A DNA stretch of 64,000 nucleotides, from NCBI GenBank assembly GCA_043228905.1, contig JBHGNT010000012.1:12462001-12526000 (forward strand), written 5' to 3'. The DNA comes from Azolla caroliniana. Taxonomy: Eukaryota; Plantae; Polypodiophyta. Below the pieces are notes generated by a model that saw only the letters and a program-made list of their open reading frames with translations, did no database searches and was not told where the DNA came from. The position numbers and the translations under genes are program-made. Positions 10,131 through 24,722 of the stretch are shown here, one piece after another. Each line of letters starts with the position of its first letter. Within the stretch, counting starts at the first letter, position 1.

Positions 10131-11600
10131 TGTTGAGAACTGAGACCGTCAGTGCAGAAACATCAACAACAACATGAGAGAGAAGCAAGATGGAAGCAAG
10201 ATCAAAGAATAATTGAGAGAGAGAGAGAGAGATGAAGATTGAGGCACACAATGTAACCGTTTTATTAAGAGATGGTTACAATACAATGGAGGCAACAACT
10301 CTCTCTAACAATAGCAACAACAACTTTTGAACTAGATTACAAAGCCCGTTATATACTAACTAGGCTAGGGAAATTTCCCTTTGACATATTTACAAAGATG
10401 TCCTAAACCTAGACTGTCCAGAGGGACAGTGTGAATACAGCCATTAGAAACTCGTATTCGACACTCCCCCGTAATGGGCATATACACCAAAAATATGTAA
10501 AAAAGAATAAATAAGAGTTATAGATTATACAAAGTTATCGAACATATGGGTTTTGATTGAATCGGCAAAATCCGAGAAAAGAAGGCCGAGTCGACTGGGG
10601 TTGGAAGAACTAAAGCCAAGCTTCACACTATCGATGTTGATTGTCCGAGAACGTCCTGAATGTCCGACTCAATTAGACTGATTCTTCTCTATGCCCATCT
10701 GGTGCTGAAGGGATCAGAATCGATCTGTTGAAAGACACTTTGTCATCCCATCTGCGATGTTATCGACTGTAGGTATCTTCTAAGGGCCGATTTTCCCTGA
10801 AATCATGCAATCCCAAACAAAATGATATCTCACATCGATGTGTTTCGAGGCGTTGTGCTGAACCAGATTTTTCGATAGAGCGACAACACCTTGATTGTCA
10901 CTGTAGACAACTGGAGCCGAGTCGGAGTCGACTTCTTGAAACGTGTACGCTAGCCAACCGAGCCATAGAGCCTCTTTCACTGCATCGGACACAGTTACGT
11001 ATTCGGCCTTCGTCGTTGATGTGGCAGTGCACTCCTATAGTTTCATTTCCATGAAATCGCTTCATTGCCGAATTTGAAAAAATATACGGTTGTCGATTTT
11101 CGACTATCCACACAAACGGCAAAGTCTAAGTCAGTGTATCCGACTATGCCTGAAGTGTCATTCGGGTTGAATAGGTTGCCATAGTCTTTTGCGCCCACTA
11201 GGTATCTGAACACATGCTTTACTACGTTCCAATGAGATCGACCAGGATTGTGCATGAATCTGTTGGCGACTCCAACGGCATCAGCAATGTCAGGCCGTGT
11301 CGCGACCATCGTGTACATCAAGGAAACTACTGTCAATACATATGGTACCGACTTCATAATTTCCCCCTCCGGACCAGATGTCGGGTAGTCTCACTGAGAT
11401 AGCCGAAGACTCATTCAACACGACGTCTAAATTTCAGACAATATGTCTGTGTTCAGGGTCCTAGAGTCGGTATCCGATCTCATTGTTTGGTTTATAGCCA
11501 AGGAAAATACATTTCCTAGACCTCGGTTCTAATTTTCGATAGTCGTCTTTCAGTATGAGGGCATACGCCTCACATCCGAAAATCCTCAGCTTGTTGTAAT
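10131..11600 (-). mobile_element. Truncated, degenerate Ty1/Copia (3' LTR 10131-10463, PPT, RNase H, RT and INT remnants)
   Basis: TGTTG...CGACA LTR; GGGGGAG PPT at 10464-10470; ...YTMVATRPDI..., GYTDLDFA, SKHIDVRYHF motifs. Confidence 0.75.
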
Positions 11601-11607
11601 TCGGCTT

Positions 11608-12062
11608 TGTTGAGCGGACAAGCTCAACCGGATCCGGATCAGCTGAACAAGCCAGAGTCGAATCGGTATCTGGATCGAAGAACCGGACCGGTGTCCGGAT
11701 CGGAGAGTCGGATTGTAATCCGGATCAGTATAAACCAGTTGGCCGTTCGACGCCTATGAATCTAGCGTAGTATGTAGGCTTATGGGAGCCTGTGTTAGTC
11801 GCTTGTATGAGCATTGAAGTACATGTCAGTCCTTTTAAGGACTTGTATAAAACGTGTTCTGTAGAACATTGTATGCACAAAGAACTATTATTTTGAATTG
11901 AGGAGTTGTTCTGCTCTCTTTGTCTCTCCCGCGTACATACGCTCTCTTTCTCTCTGTGTGATTAAGCTTTCCACTAAACCTATGTATATTCTTTGTTGTT
12001 ATTCAGTGAAGCCGGTTTCATCTACAAGCTTCCACACGTAATTATTCACATGGTATTAGAGC
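11608..12062 (+). mobile_element. Orphan 5' LTR (11608-12050) plus tRNA-iMet-type PBS
   Basis: TGTTG...TTCACA followed directly by TGGTATTAGAGC; related to the LTR-like stretch at 62273. Confidence 0.65.
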
Positions 12063-12104
12063 GCAAGATTTGAGAATCCTCTTCTGCCGCCAAAAAGCCT
12101 AAGT

Positions 12105-12570
12105 AAACCAAAGAAAACCTAACTTCCAAAAAAGAGAATGGATCGAACATATCGGTTTTGAATGAATCGGCAAAATCCGAGAATAGAAGGTTGAGTCTGC
12201 CGGGGTTGGAAGAACTAAAGCCAAGCTTCGAACTGTCGATGTCGATTGTTTGAGAACGTGTTGAATGTTCGACTCAATTGGGTTGATTCTTCTCTACGCC
12301 CATTTGGTGCCAAAGGGATCGGAATCGATCCGCCGAAAGACACTTGGTCATCCCATTTGTGACGTTATCGGCTGTGGGTGATCCATGACCTGCTTGATCG
12401 AGTTTTGAGAAAAGTCGAGCAATGTCAATGTTGTTCGGAGGGGCTCCTGGAGGACCGCAAGAAATGTATCCTATTTGGTTCGTCTATTGGGATTTTCTGA
12501 GCCAACTGTCCTCATAAGTTTTGAAACCTAATGATAAATTGTGGAACCGATTCTTTGGTGTCCATGGTTA
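12105..12570 (-). mobile_element. Retroelement debris: diverged second copy of the Copia 3' end (cf. 10540-10780) fused to a B-family gag fragment
   Basis: 12140-12380 aligns with 10540-10780; ESVPQFIIRFQNL resembles B1 ETVPQFIIGFQTL. Confidence 0.6.
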
Positions 12571-12664
12571 AGACGAGATCAATTACGAGCATGACCATAT
12601 AATATCTCGTGGTGAGAATGTACCGTAGTATTCTACCACAGCCAATGTCTTGTACGTAGTCATG

Positions 12665-13309
12665 TGCTCTGATACCACTGTTGGAGGAGCAACGGGAGGC
12701 GGACGAGCTGTTGTTTTTCGTGCAGAAAAATAGTGAATAGCACATAGGAGACAGCGTAGGAAAAAAAAGAAGACACAAAAATGTTTTGGTGGGCACACAA
12801 ACCCTCGTTTCTTATTTAGCCTATATACCTAGTGATAAATAGTGAGAAGTACCTTTGTTGGCCTTTCTCACTATTATTATGTATCACCATGATGGGATGG
12901 GAAGCTACCAGTGTGTGTTCTGCTCTGCTGGTAACCGAGCCATTCTATTGCTTCCGTTTCTGGCTGCACCATGACTAATGACTACTGCTGCCTATTCATT
13001 CCATTTCGTCCTCCTTTTGCCATTTGTGTTTCGGTCCTCTCCCACGCTTTTTGCTTTTTGCTTTGCTTGGAAGTTGGCACTGGGTCGTTCTTTGAAATGA
13101 ATGAATATATATATATATGTATGTATAAGCCTTCGTTTCTTCTTGGGCTGACCACTCATCATCCGTAGCGGCCCTCCCTCTTATGCCGCGGTGGTTCCTC
13201 TTCTCTGACCCTTCACTTATAAACCATATATTTTTTATTTTATTTTATTTTTGACCCCCCCACCCCACCAGGTTATTCCCAGTAGCTTGCAACTTTTCTC
13301 TTGTCAACA
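12665..13309 (-). mobile_element. Probable orphan 5' LTR (from 12679) with iMet PBS
   Basis: TGGTATCAGAGC on minus next to TGTTGG at 12679; the far end (CAACA at 13309) is tentative. Confidence 0.45.
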
Positions 13310-15076
13310 TCACATTGCCAAGCATTGAATTCGCTTTCCATTAACACATTAATAGATTAGTGTCGCGCTATCATAATTAAGCATTGAATTAGCTTTCCAT
13401 TAACACATTTAATTATGTAGTTAACCCACACTAATACTCTTTGATTTGTACTCATGTTTGCTCTAAAGATCAAGAAATCACAATTTTGATCCCATCACTC
13501 TCCTTTCATAGTCAAGGCAAGCGAGTAGCCTTTTCCCCAAAATAGTTTTCAGTTTTTTCTCCTCTTGTACATGCTCTCATCTACATGAATCTCATCACTA
13601 TTTGGCAATTTAGTTTATTGCAATTTTTTACTAATTTGGTAAATTGTACTAGCACTTTAGGCCCATTCCCAACCTTTTGTTAATTTTAAAACATCTCACT
13701 TTTACTATCTTATGCCTTACAAATGACATCAATTTTGACACTTGCAAAATTCAAACCTATGACCCTCATGTTAGAGAAAGACACTCTTATACACTATGCT
13801 AGCATGTTGGAAGCTTTCTTTGTGATACTCCTTCTCTTTTGAAACATTGTTCTTGTGATATTTGTAATAAATGTATCCAATGAGTAATCAAAGGTAATAA
13901 GTATGACAAAGACTATTTGTTGACTTGGCCAAACTATATACATACATGTGTTAAGATGAAGTTGATTGACGTGTATAAGAAAGCATGTTCAACTTTTCTT
14001 CAACAAGAAAATCCGTGAAAGATAGTATATACTAATAGTCCCACTCACCCTGATGGTGGGTGAAGGTGAGGAGAGAGGTCTTCTTCAAAGTAGTTGCAAC
14101 CCATTCAATAAATTGGAAAATATGAAGACATTGTTGGGCAAACTAATAAATCCTAAATTTTAAATATCTTGAGTCCACTCACTCAGATAACAATGGGCTT
14201 CCTATCGAATGTTAAGCTTAAATCATGTTCTCAGAGTGATGGCTTGAGGTTTTCCTCCTTATGATATGTATATGAAAATAATAGGAGATGATGAGAAAAC
14301 ACACATGTGTTATAGAAATCTACAAGGACGAGTTTTTCTGTGGCTTGAGGTGTTCCTCACGATATGTATACGAAAATAATAGGAAATGATGAGAAAACAC
14401 ACATGAGTTATAGAAATCTACAAGGACGAGTTTTTCTGTGTACTAATAATAATTTGAAAATCCCAACAGGTCCAAAGAAAGATGAGCATTGTACATTTGA
14501 TGCACGTGAGGGGCACGCACCTTCATACCCACAAAAGCAGAAGCTTGATTTGATTGGTTACGACAATTGAAATTTTGCTTCATTTTGGACAAAAGCGTAC
14601 TCTTGTATGTGAAAGAGGCCATGCCATGCACACCACATATAATGTGAAGCAATGCGGACGACTGTCCTCGCATTCATTTGCCCGTTCTGAATTCTATCTT
14701 CCTCCAAACTCGACAAATGTTTGCCTCCCTCATGCACTACTTGCTCACTCTTTAACTAAATATATTATTACATGGATGGATAGATAGATAAGATAGGTAT
14801 GCAATACAATACATGCATGCATCAGTTCCAATTGAAACAAACAAATTTCTATTACACACAACGTGATAATTTTCATGATCCAAAATAGAGCATTGAATTT
14901 TCAAATGAAATGAATAAATACATCAATTTATATATTACATATACATACATATCTATGATATACACCTCTGAACATAGAAGATGCTGCCGCCTGTTAACCA
15001 TTATAATTAATTAAGGAGTTAATATTGCTTGTTTGCAATATAGAGACTGAAGGTGGGAACGCAAGAGCGAGATTTT

Positions 15077-15113
<37 letters not shown>

Positions 15114-15484
15114 CACCACAAGAGATTGGCTCAATCTTTTACCACAGAATGTAATAAATAGTAAGGCCAGCTTGATTGATTGATTCTTTACTTGATTATG
15201 TATGAATCACCTAAGTCTATACAGGATATTATTCCGTTTGCAGTGGAGTACAAAACCTGGCGGACCATTTCTGCCATTCGTCTTCTTCTTCTTCTTCTTC
15301 TTCTTGTGAATATAATTTTCAACTACCATCTCACACCAAAATTGAACCTTGGCAACGGAAAACAAAAAGCATGGCATGATAAATCCAACTCCTGCCTCAC
15401 TTACTTCCATCTGTGCACCAAAAGGGAGAACATATCAATAATAATAAATCAAGTTTAGCACTTTCTTCCCTTTTGTCTAATTAG

Positions 15485-15526
<42 letters not shown>

Positions 15527-16687
15527 GGGAGATATTAGATATAGATTAGAGTACCTAATTAGCATCCATAAGGAGGCCAATATTGAGGCATGGGACCGGT
15601 TTAGGGTTTAGAGAGAGAGATTTTAAAGCTGCCATTTTCATTTGGGGAAGAAAATCAGGCACCATCACGAGTTGCTTTTTATTTAACATCGGTGTTAGGG
15701 TCTAGACATTTTTGGCTGGAGTCTTGCGTTACCATATACCAATCAATGTATCTACATATATATATATATATATATATATAAGTGATACAAAAATAAGTAG
15801 GAAATAAGAAAGAACGAAGCACACCTTTACGAACCAAGAAGAGGAGAGGCTTCTTCTCGTCCTCTGCAGTCTGATCAAATGGAGATCATCCGTTTCAGTT
15901 TCTGCAACAAGCTCCTGGGTGAAGATGAAGAGGAATGCAATGGATCTGTCGACTCCGAGTTCACTACACAAGCAAGCAAGCAGCAGAGCATGATTTAATG
16001 CCAGCACTAACAATTGGGATGGGTGGGCAGAAGAAGGAAGGAAGGAAGAAAGAAACAGATATTGACTTCTTTTTCTTTCTCATCTTTGAGAACAACCAAC
16101 TAATATATATATATATATATAAGTAAACCTATCCACAACATCGGGTGGTACTAAAGAATGTCGATAGCTAATAAGTACTTGAGATTCTGATTCTGAACTT
16201 GAGATAGACTAAAACACAAAAAATCTCCTACCGAGAGATCCCTGAAGCAAAACATTGGTGAGTAATCGCTTCTTGGAATTTTCTATATCAGAAGCAGCAG
16301 GGGAGGGCGGTATAGTTAGTTACTAATTCCTTCTCATTCAAGTATTTATTCTTATTCTTTTTCTCAAATTTCTGTATCCGTGTATGTTGTAGGTAGCGAA
16401 CATAGATAGATAGTTAGTCAGTCAGTCAGTCACTAACTAATGATATACGTATACGTACCAGATGAGTCCATATCCACTTCTTGGAAAAAAAAACCATGAA
16501 TCTCCTGTTGCTCCTTTTCAGCTGCAGTAGAGCGGGGAGAAGTACAAGTGCTAATCGGATATCCATGGATGAACTTCATTATGTCACAAAATGAAAGCAC
16601 AGTAGTGAATGCCAGTCAGTGACTTTGCAGTTCTGTTAGTATTATATTATTATATGGAGTTTAATAAAGATCTCCAAAGAGTCCTAC

Positions 16688-19600
16688 GCTTGCAGATCCT
16701 TTGCAGTCCTTTTTATGCAAAGAAGGTTTGAAAGTACACTCAGCAAGCTCTTCATTCTCTTTTTCTTTCCTCAAGGCTTCTATCCTTGCCTGCCTTCTTT
16801 CCCTCTCTGACATTACGAGTTTGTACCAATTTTGGCTATTTCTGCAGAGAGCTTGCTTTCCATGAGAATCCACACATATATCCCAACACTATATATATAT
16901 ATATATTAATGAAAAGCTACTACGAACCTAATATTAAATTTTTTTTAATGTTGCAAGAAATCACATGGAAGAGCAAGTTTGACATTTTAATTTTCATCCA
17001 AATCTAAAAGCGTTAAATAAAACTACCAAAAAAGTGAAAGCGCATACCCTGGGTTCCTGAGGCCAGATGCTAATTGGCAAGAATGTCGATTCACTTTAAA
17101 CTTGAAGGGTTTAGGGTTCTCTTCTTTTGCTCGCTTCTTGCTGGGATTTAATAATAAATGATGTTCCCATTTTTTCTTCTGCAAGCATTATTGATCAATG
17201 TCACATCAGTAACAAGCAAAAAAAATGTCCAACACAACAAGTTTAAAGCAAATGAGCTATCTCATGAAAATTACCACCGGAACAGACATCATCAGCTTGG
17301 TAAATTCATCCAAGGGGAGGTGCCTTTTGAAGTGAGAACCAGTTCGCCTTACTTCATTAAGATCCTCTACAACCTCACTTTGCAAATTCGTCATATCAAC
17401 TTCCATTAAATCAATAAATCCATCCTGCAAATTCAATCTCTCTGCATTCAGATTAATGCCGACGACCGCACAATAACTGATAGGCATGACTTGGGTTTTG
17501 ATGGAGTCATATATGCACTCCAAAGACTTGGGGTAGCAAAACTACTGAATTTGAACGATAAGATAACTACGAAATTGAGACTCTTAAACTATCTGTAGTA
17601 GCTCAAAACTGACTGGAGATGTCAACCGTAGTAATATGTTGTCATTAGTGCTCATTGATTTTCTGTTATTGTTTCAAAACTTAGAATGTCCTAACAACAA
17701 AATCTGAGACAGATTAATCGGCAGCGGTTAGCACCTACAGTAACCCTCTACAAAATGAGGTATTCCTGTTCGCATGACTAATTCAAAATCTCAAGAAGTC
17801 TACTATTCTGTTATATGCAAATGATATTGTGTTTATAGCAGACTATGATCATGCACGGTCTTTTAACCCTCGATTGCAGTGGATAAGGAGGTTCACTGCC
17901 GATGCACAGTATGTACAGGAGAAGTTGGATTTGGAGATTCACTCATATACCTATCTTCGTATAGAGATTCATTCATTCATAACTGTCTTCTCCATGACTG
18001 ACAGGAGAAGCACAGGCTCAACTTACGAGGACTAGGTGTAGAGTATAGAGCACTAGGATACTAAGGCATAAATAATCTTCCAGTATTTCTTGGAAGCACC
18101 TCTCTCACAACAATCAACTCATTCAGAAATTGGAAAAACTAAGCGAGGTCATTCAAGTAGAGTCTAGGACATGGATCGAACATTTATGTACAAAGATGTT
18201 CTTCCAATGAGACTATCATCTAAAACATCCATGAACAATTATCTTTCTACAGCACCTTGGATCCACCTGACTCATGGATTCAGTTGCACCACTGGAAAGA
18301 TCCGCAACTCATCACATTAGTTGGACATAGATATAGGTACCACCTACTGAGGAAAGGATATGTCTGTTATGCCTGTTGGGATAACTGGTCCCTCCGGATA
18401 GAATGAGTTAGAAAACCGGCTAAGGAGCCGGCTATCAGCCGGCCTGGCATGGAGCCGGATACAGGATATCAGCCAGATCGCCTACCAGTCGATCCGCTAA
18501 GGGTCGGCGTAAGCAGATCTGTCCAGACAAGAAGAGATGGACACTCCCTAAGAATGAGAGCCGGCTGGTCGACTGAGGGCAAATCCGGCTGAGAGCCGGA
18601 AGCCGATTCAGCCGAAGCCAATTAGTGGACATATGTGTAAATATACCTTATTTCTGTATAAGTATAAATACACCTACGGCAACCACATTAAATGTGTGTG
18701 ACAGTGTAGCATCATGGGGGTGTGAACTGTGTGAACATAGAGAGAGTTGTATGTGTGTGAGTCCGTATGTTCAGACGAAGATCACCTCAAGGTTGTGGCC
18801 TTAAGTCATTGTACACACATCATAGTGATTCTGTTCGGAGTCTGTGGGCTCCTGTGTTTTTTCCCATTAGGGTTTCCACACTAAAATCTCTATGTCATTG
18901 TTTCTTTTTTGTGCTTTTGTTTCTTTGTTAATTTCGTCTCGGCTTGCGTTTCGGATGTGGCCGACCCCATATTCACGACAAAGTGGTATTAGAGCTTGGT
19001 TCATAACCTCCCAAGTTGTATGAATATGGACGAATCCATCGGAGGGATGTTCAAGCTGACCGGCTCAAACTATTAGTTTGGAAGTCGAAGATGAGAGACA
19101 TGCTTGTATGACCTGTGGTTGCCAATACAGTTTGGCAAAGACATGCATCTGAAGACAACAGCATACGTAAGATGTTTTATAGACATAAGTCTATACAACA
19201 ACTTCAATGAGGAGACATGTGGTAGCTTTCAAAACGGCATGTGGAAATTCTGCAAGGGAAACCTGATTGTGGCTCGTATCCGAAAGCAAAATACATTGTA
19301 TGTGATGCACAGCTATGCCGGAACGAGGTGAATGTGGCAGCCGACACAACTGGTGAGTTGTGGCCACATGAGTCAGAAAGGATTGCAGATGCTTGCCAAG
19401 AAAGAACTCCTGCCAGAGGTTAAAAATGTGGATCTGGATAAATATGTGTGGACTGTTGCCTGGCCGGCAAGCAAAACAGGGCTGCCTTTCGCCCTAGGCC
19501 CCCGATGAGAGGGAAACATGCCGTGGAACTTGTATACACTGCTGTGTGCTATGTGGATCCAAGATCACATGCCGGTGGACAGTATTTTGTCACATTCATT

Positions 19601-22600
19601 GATGATTTCAGCCGTAAGTTGTGGGCTTAAGACAAAAGATGAAGTACTGGCACTATTTAAGGAGTTTCAGGCCAGAACTGAAAGGGAGTTCGGACAAAAG
19701 CTGAAGACTGTCCGGCCAGATAATGGAGGGGAGTACAAAGGGCAGTTCGAAGAATACTGTCACTGCCGGTCACAAAGTCTCCAGTTAGAGTATACAGTGC
19801 CGAACACTCCTGAATTAAACGGAATGACCAAAAAGATGAACCGGACTGTGATGGAAAGGGTCCGATGTATGTTGGCTCGTGCTAAGTTGCCAATAACCTA
19901 TTGGGCTGAGGCGTTGATGTTGAGACGTTGATGAAGGCTGTTTACATAATAAACAGGCCTCCCTCAGTGCCTTTAAATGGGGATATCCCACAGAGGATGT
20001 GGACTAGCAAAGATGTATCATACCGGCATCTAAGGGTGTTTGGTTGCTTATCATATGTGCATGTAGCTAAGGACCAGAGGGCAAAGCTGAATCCCAAGAG
20101 CCGGCCGTGTATTTTTCTCGGCTATTGTGAAGATGAGTTTGCCTACCGGCTATGGGACTTGATTGACAAGAAGTCATCAAGTGTCAGGACATAGTCTTTA
20201 TGAAAGAAAAAACTATTGTAGACTGGGAGATGGAGAAGATAGGATCATCCTCCCAGCTGGCCAGAAATGAACAACCAGTTGAAGTACATACAAACACGGA
20301 TGCCGACTGATGAACATAACGGGCCGGCCAGAGCCGGACCGTCCAAAAGATAGCCGGCTGGACAAGGAACTAGATCAGCCAGATGGCATCCAACCGGATC
20401 CGAACAAAGGGCCAGATCCGATTCAGATGAGGAGCCGGTTGAAGAGGATGATGTAGAGCCGGCTGCTGAAAGTCAAGGCAGGAGACACCCCCTAAGAAAC
20501 AGAAGGGCCCCAAGCAGATTTCCAGAACAAGAATATGTATTATTAACCGATGAGGGGGAACCTGAAAGCTTCGAGTAGGCTAAGAAAGATGCCCACAACT
20601 AATAGTGATTACATGCCATGCAAGATGAGATAGAATCCTTGCATGAGAACCACACGTACGAATTGACTGAGTCGCCGAAAGGTAAAAAGGCACTCCGGAA
20701 CAAGTGGGTTGACAAACTGAAGCCGGGAGAAGACGGGAACCCACCCAGATTCAAAGCCCGCATTGTGGTGAAGGATTTTCAGCGGAAAAAGGGTGTGGAT
20801 TTCGACGAAATATTTGGTTCGATAAGGACAGTGCTAAGCATAGCAGCCAGCATGAACTTAGAAGTTGTACAACTGGATGTCAAAACCACTTTTCTGCATG
20901 GAGATTTTGAGGAAGAAATCTACATGAAGCAACCAGAAGGATTTGTAGAAAAAGGGAAGGAGAATCTTGTATGCCGGCTAAGAAAGAGCTTGTATGGGCT
21001 GAAGTAAGCGCCCCGGCAATGGTACAAGAAATTTGAATCCATCATGGTCGAACACGGCTGCCACAAGACACACGTTGACCACCACTGTGTCTTCGTGGAG
21101 GAATATGATCGAGGAGACTTCCTTGTCCTCTTTGTATGTTGATGATATGCTGGTGGTAGGACAGGACCTGGAAAAAATCGCAAGCTTGAAAAAGGGCCTA
21201 GCAAAAGTCTTTAGCTATGAAGGATATGGGTATGGCTAAGCAAATTCTGGGTATACACATTGTCCAGGACAGGACAATGAAGTTGTGGCTGTCACAAGAA
21301 AAATATGTGACAAAGGTGCTCCAGATATTCAACATGCAAGATGCGAAGCCCATCGGCTCGACATTATTGACAAACAACAAGCTGAACGGAAGCCAATGTC
21401 CGAAGACGAAGGAGAAAGCTGAGATGAGCAAGATCTCATATGCCTTAGTTGTAGGAAGCCTAATGTATGCAATGGTATGCACTAGGTCGGACATTGCTTA
21501 TGTTGTGGGAATGGTCAGCCAGTTCATGAGTAATCCTGGCAAGGAACATTGGGCTGTGGTTAAGTGGATACTTAGATACCTGAGAGGAACCTCAAGTGTA
21601 TGCCTTACATACAACTCAAGTAACCCCGTGCTAGAAGGGTTCACAGACTCTGACATGGCTGATGTTGATACCAACCGGTCCACATCCGGGTACGTGATGA
21701 TGTATGCAGGGCAGTCAAGGTTGTAGAAGGTTGTGGTCGACAAGCTAAGTATATGGAAGCCGTGGAAGCCGGCAAGGAAATTATATGGATAAGAGATTTT
21801 ATTAGTGAGTTAGGAATGAGGCAGGATCCTTTCCTACTGCACTGTGACAATCCACAGTCACTTCCATTGCTAGTTTAGAGAGGAATTTGGACCATTCAAT
21901 CAGGTCATGGCTTTCTATACATATAGATATTTGGGGCTATTTTCACTAGTTATCAATAGAAATTTGGAACTGGTTTTGGTATTTGTACTTCTACAGCTTT
22001 TCCTGAATATATATATAGGAGGACAGCAGCAGACATTGTGTGTCAAGGGACATCAGAGAAAGCACAATCAACACCACCTAGTAAAGTGATGTTGCTTAAC
22101 CCACCAGTTCATTTTTCTTGCTCAAAAACCTGAGGACACACAGATTATAAAATAAAAATATAGGATGCACACGATAGAATGGCCTAATGGTTTTATTATT
22201 CTTTCGTTATGAGTATCATGAATGCACCCGTAGGTGTCATCATGATATGTCTCAATAGGAATATTTCGGATTATAGTAAGCATAATAAATATATCCTCCT
22301 CCTTTCTCACTCAAGGAGTTCTATTATTAAAAAGGCCTAACATAAAGAAGAAGCACAAGGCCACCACCATTAGAGAGACAAGGACATTGCACAGGGATTC
22401 AATTGCCACATGATGGAGCGGGGAGGAATATGATGTGGTTGTAACAAATAACAGACAAGGATTTTCCTTTGCTGCCATAACAAAGCCAAAAAAGTCATTC
22501 AAAGTGAGGAGTGGAGTGGCAAACGGCTGGAAAACATTGAGAGTTAAGATATATGATGACCCTCCCTCCCTCCCATGATAGTGAATTATTTTGTATGTAA

Positions 22601-24683
22601 ACAACAAAGTCTTAGAATCATAGTGTGCACCTCAAAGTCTTACAATCAATATATTCTCTGAAACATAGACATATTGTGTTGTTGTTGAGTTGGGCATGTT
22701 GTCTCACACAAACCTAAAGAAAAGTGGAGGACCTTAATGCCTCCAAAACAGCGTTCTGTGGAGATAATATTGTTGCAAAATGAAATGAAACGTGCAATCC
22801 ATCCATGATGGGCTCAGACATACAACACACATAGTAAGGACCTGGGGTGTGTAATGAAACTTTTTTAACTTTACATTATATGCTGCTGTATTTGAGGTTC
22901 CAGGAAGAAAAAGGTGGATAGATTCAAACCTTATCTGTGTCAAGGAGATCAAAGATCTGTTTAATGCGACGCATTCTTCTGCTTTCTAGCAACTTCGACG
23001 AATTTGGGTTGATGTATTGACAGTTAGCAAGTTCTTTTGCCTTTTGGATGTCCTTTTCCATAAGTGTTTGCCTTTTTCTGTCCAGAGAAAACTTGAGCTG
23101 ATAGAGGAAGTCGCCTATGGGCATAGCTTCTGTTTTCCTCTGCAAACGAGTGGGAGCCCATACATTAATGCATCTTGTTAGCAGTTGTGACATTCATCAT
23201 AACATCCATTACCTCTCCATTAGGTTTACGTCCAGTCTGAGGGTGAAAAAGCTCTTGTCCTGTTGTTGGATCCACTGGTTTTGTCTCATTCTTTTGCCAT
23301 TTCTGTTTCTTTTCGGATAGTTTTGCAGCATACTGTAGAAGTCGACTAAATACATTGTTGTTGTGGGACAGATCCTGGCCATAAATATTTCTTTGACAGC
23401 ACTGAGGATTGATCACAGGGCGGAAAGTGACCCTACCACCATAAAAAGATTATCATATTGCAAAAACATCCCAAAGCAGAGAAAGCCTTTTTCACAAACA
23501 TACAAAAATATGCACACTGTGAAGCATAAATTCTAAGCTTAATTTATGAGAGAGAGCTATTAATGAACATGGATTCAATCTGTGAGCAATACCAACATTT
23601 GGCAAAACAAGGGTTCAAAATGTAACCTGACATTCATACATATGAGCAAAAAAACCAATGTGGACTAAGGTTGAGGTTGAGGTTGTGGTATGGGGACCAT
23701 TAGGTTGGTTGGTACAAGTAAACAACTCTTGAGGAAGTGGATCAACACACTTAGGAACAGAACACTCTCATAGAATGAATATTTCCACAAGGTGAACCAT
23801 GAAGTTGCTAATTCTGCTCTCTCAACATCAAAATAGCAGGGAATATCTAAAGAAAACTTCTTTCACAAACAGGAATGTGTCATCATCATCCACTAAAGAA
23901 AATGTGTCGTGAATTCCTTTACCAGCATTCAGGGATTGCGAATGATTGAATATCGCATACAAAAAAGAATATCTTCTTCAACTAGGATCCTGGTGTAATT
24001 GGGGCATTGACAATTTTCTCAATGGCAAGAGTTTGAATAAAATAAAATTCTTCACAGCATTACCCAAATATCATCACAATTTAGACGGGATTTCGCATAC
24101 ATGCTTCAAAACTTGCATAGATATTCGCTATAAGGCACTAAAATAACTGCAGCCTTCAGAGTAATTTCTAGTTATATAAATGCAACTTCACCATTAAATG
24201 CAAAGCTTGGTTCTGAATAGAGGAAACAATCGTTCCTTGGAAAGAAACATAAAGCTTCTACTAACCCTTCAGGGTGCCATTGCATATACTCAGCTTGACG
24301 ATGTCTGCGATTCTCAGCATCCCAAAACAATTGGTCGAAACGATTTGCATTACCTGCCTCTTGTTGCCCCAATTCCTTCTTGTTAATCCTTGGTGTGAAT
24401 GTGCATTCCATGAGCTTCAGTTCCAAGGACTGTAAGAAAGGCAGATAGATAGATAGATAACAAGGAAAACGTTTATTAGAAGGTTTTCTGACAAGGGAAC
24501 AAAAAGAAGCAAAACAAAAAAGGTCGTGAAGACGTGTGTTTTGGCCCATACTTACCTCATGCTGCAGTTCACGAAGATGACGCTTTGATTTATCCGTGGA
24601 AAGCCTCTCCCAGAACTTGTCGGGTCGTTTCAATTGTTTCGCATACTTGCTATGTTCCAAATCACACACACACACACACACAC

Positions 24684-24722
<39 letters not shown>

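Noticed and set aside
15207-16620. Additional 3' exons of the host gene
   Set aside because: Plausible splice sites exist, but phases and stops could not be resolved confidently, so they were left out of the model.
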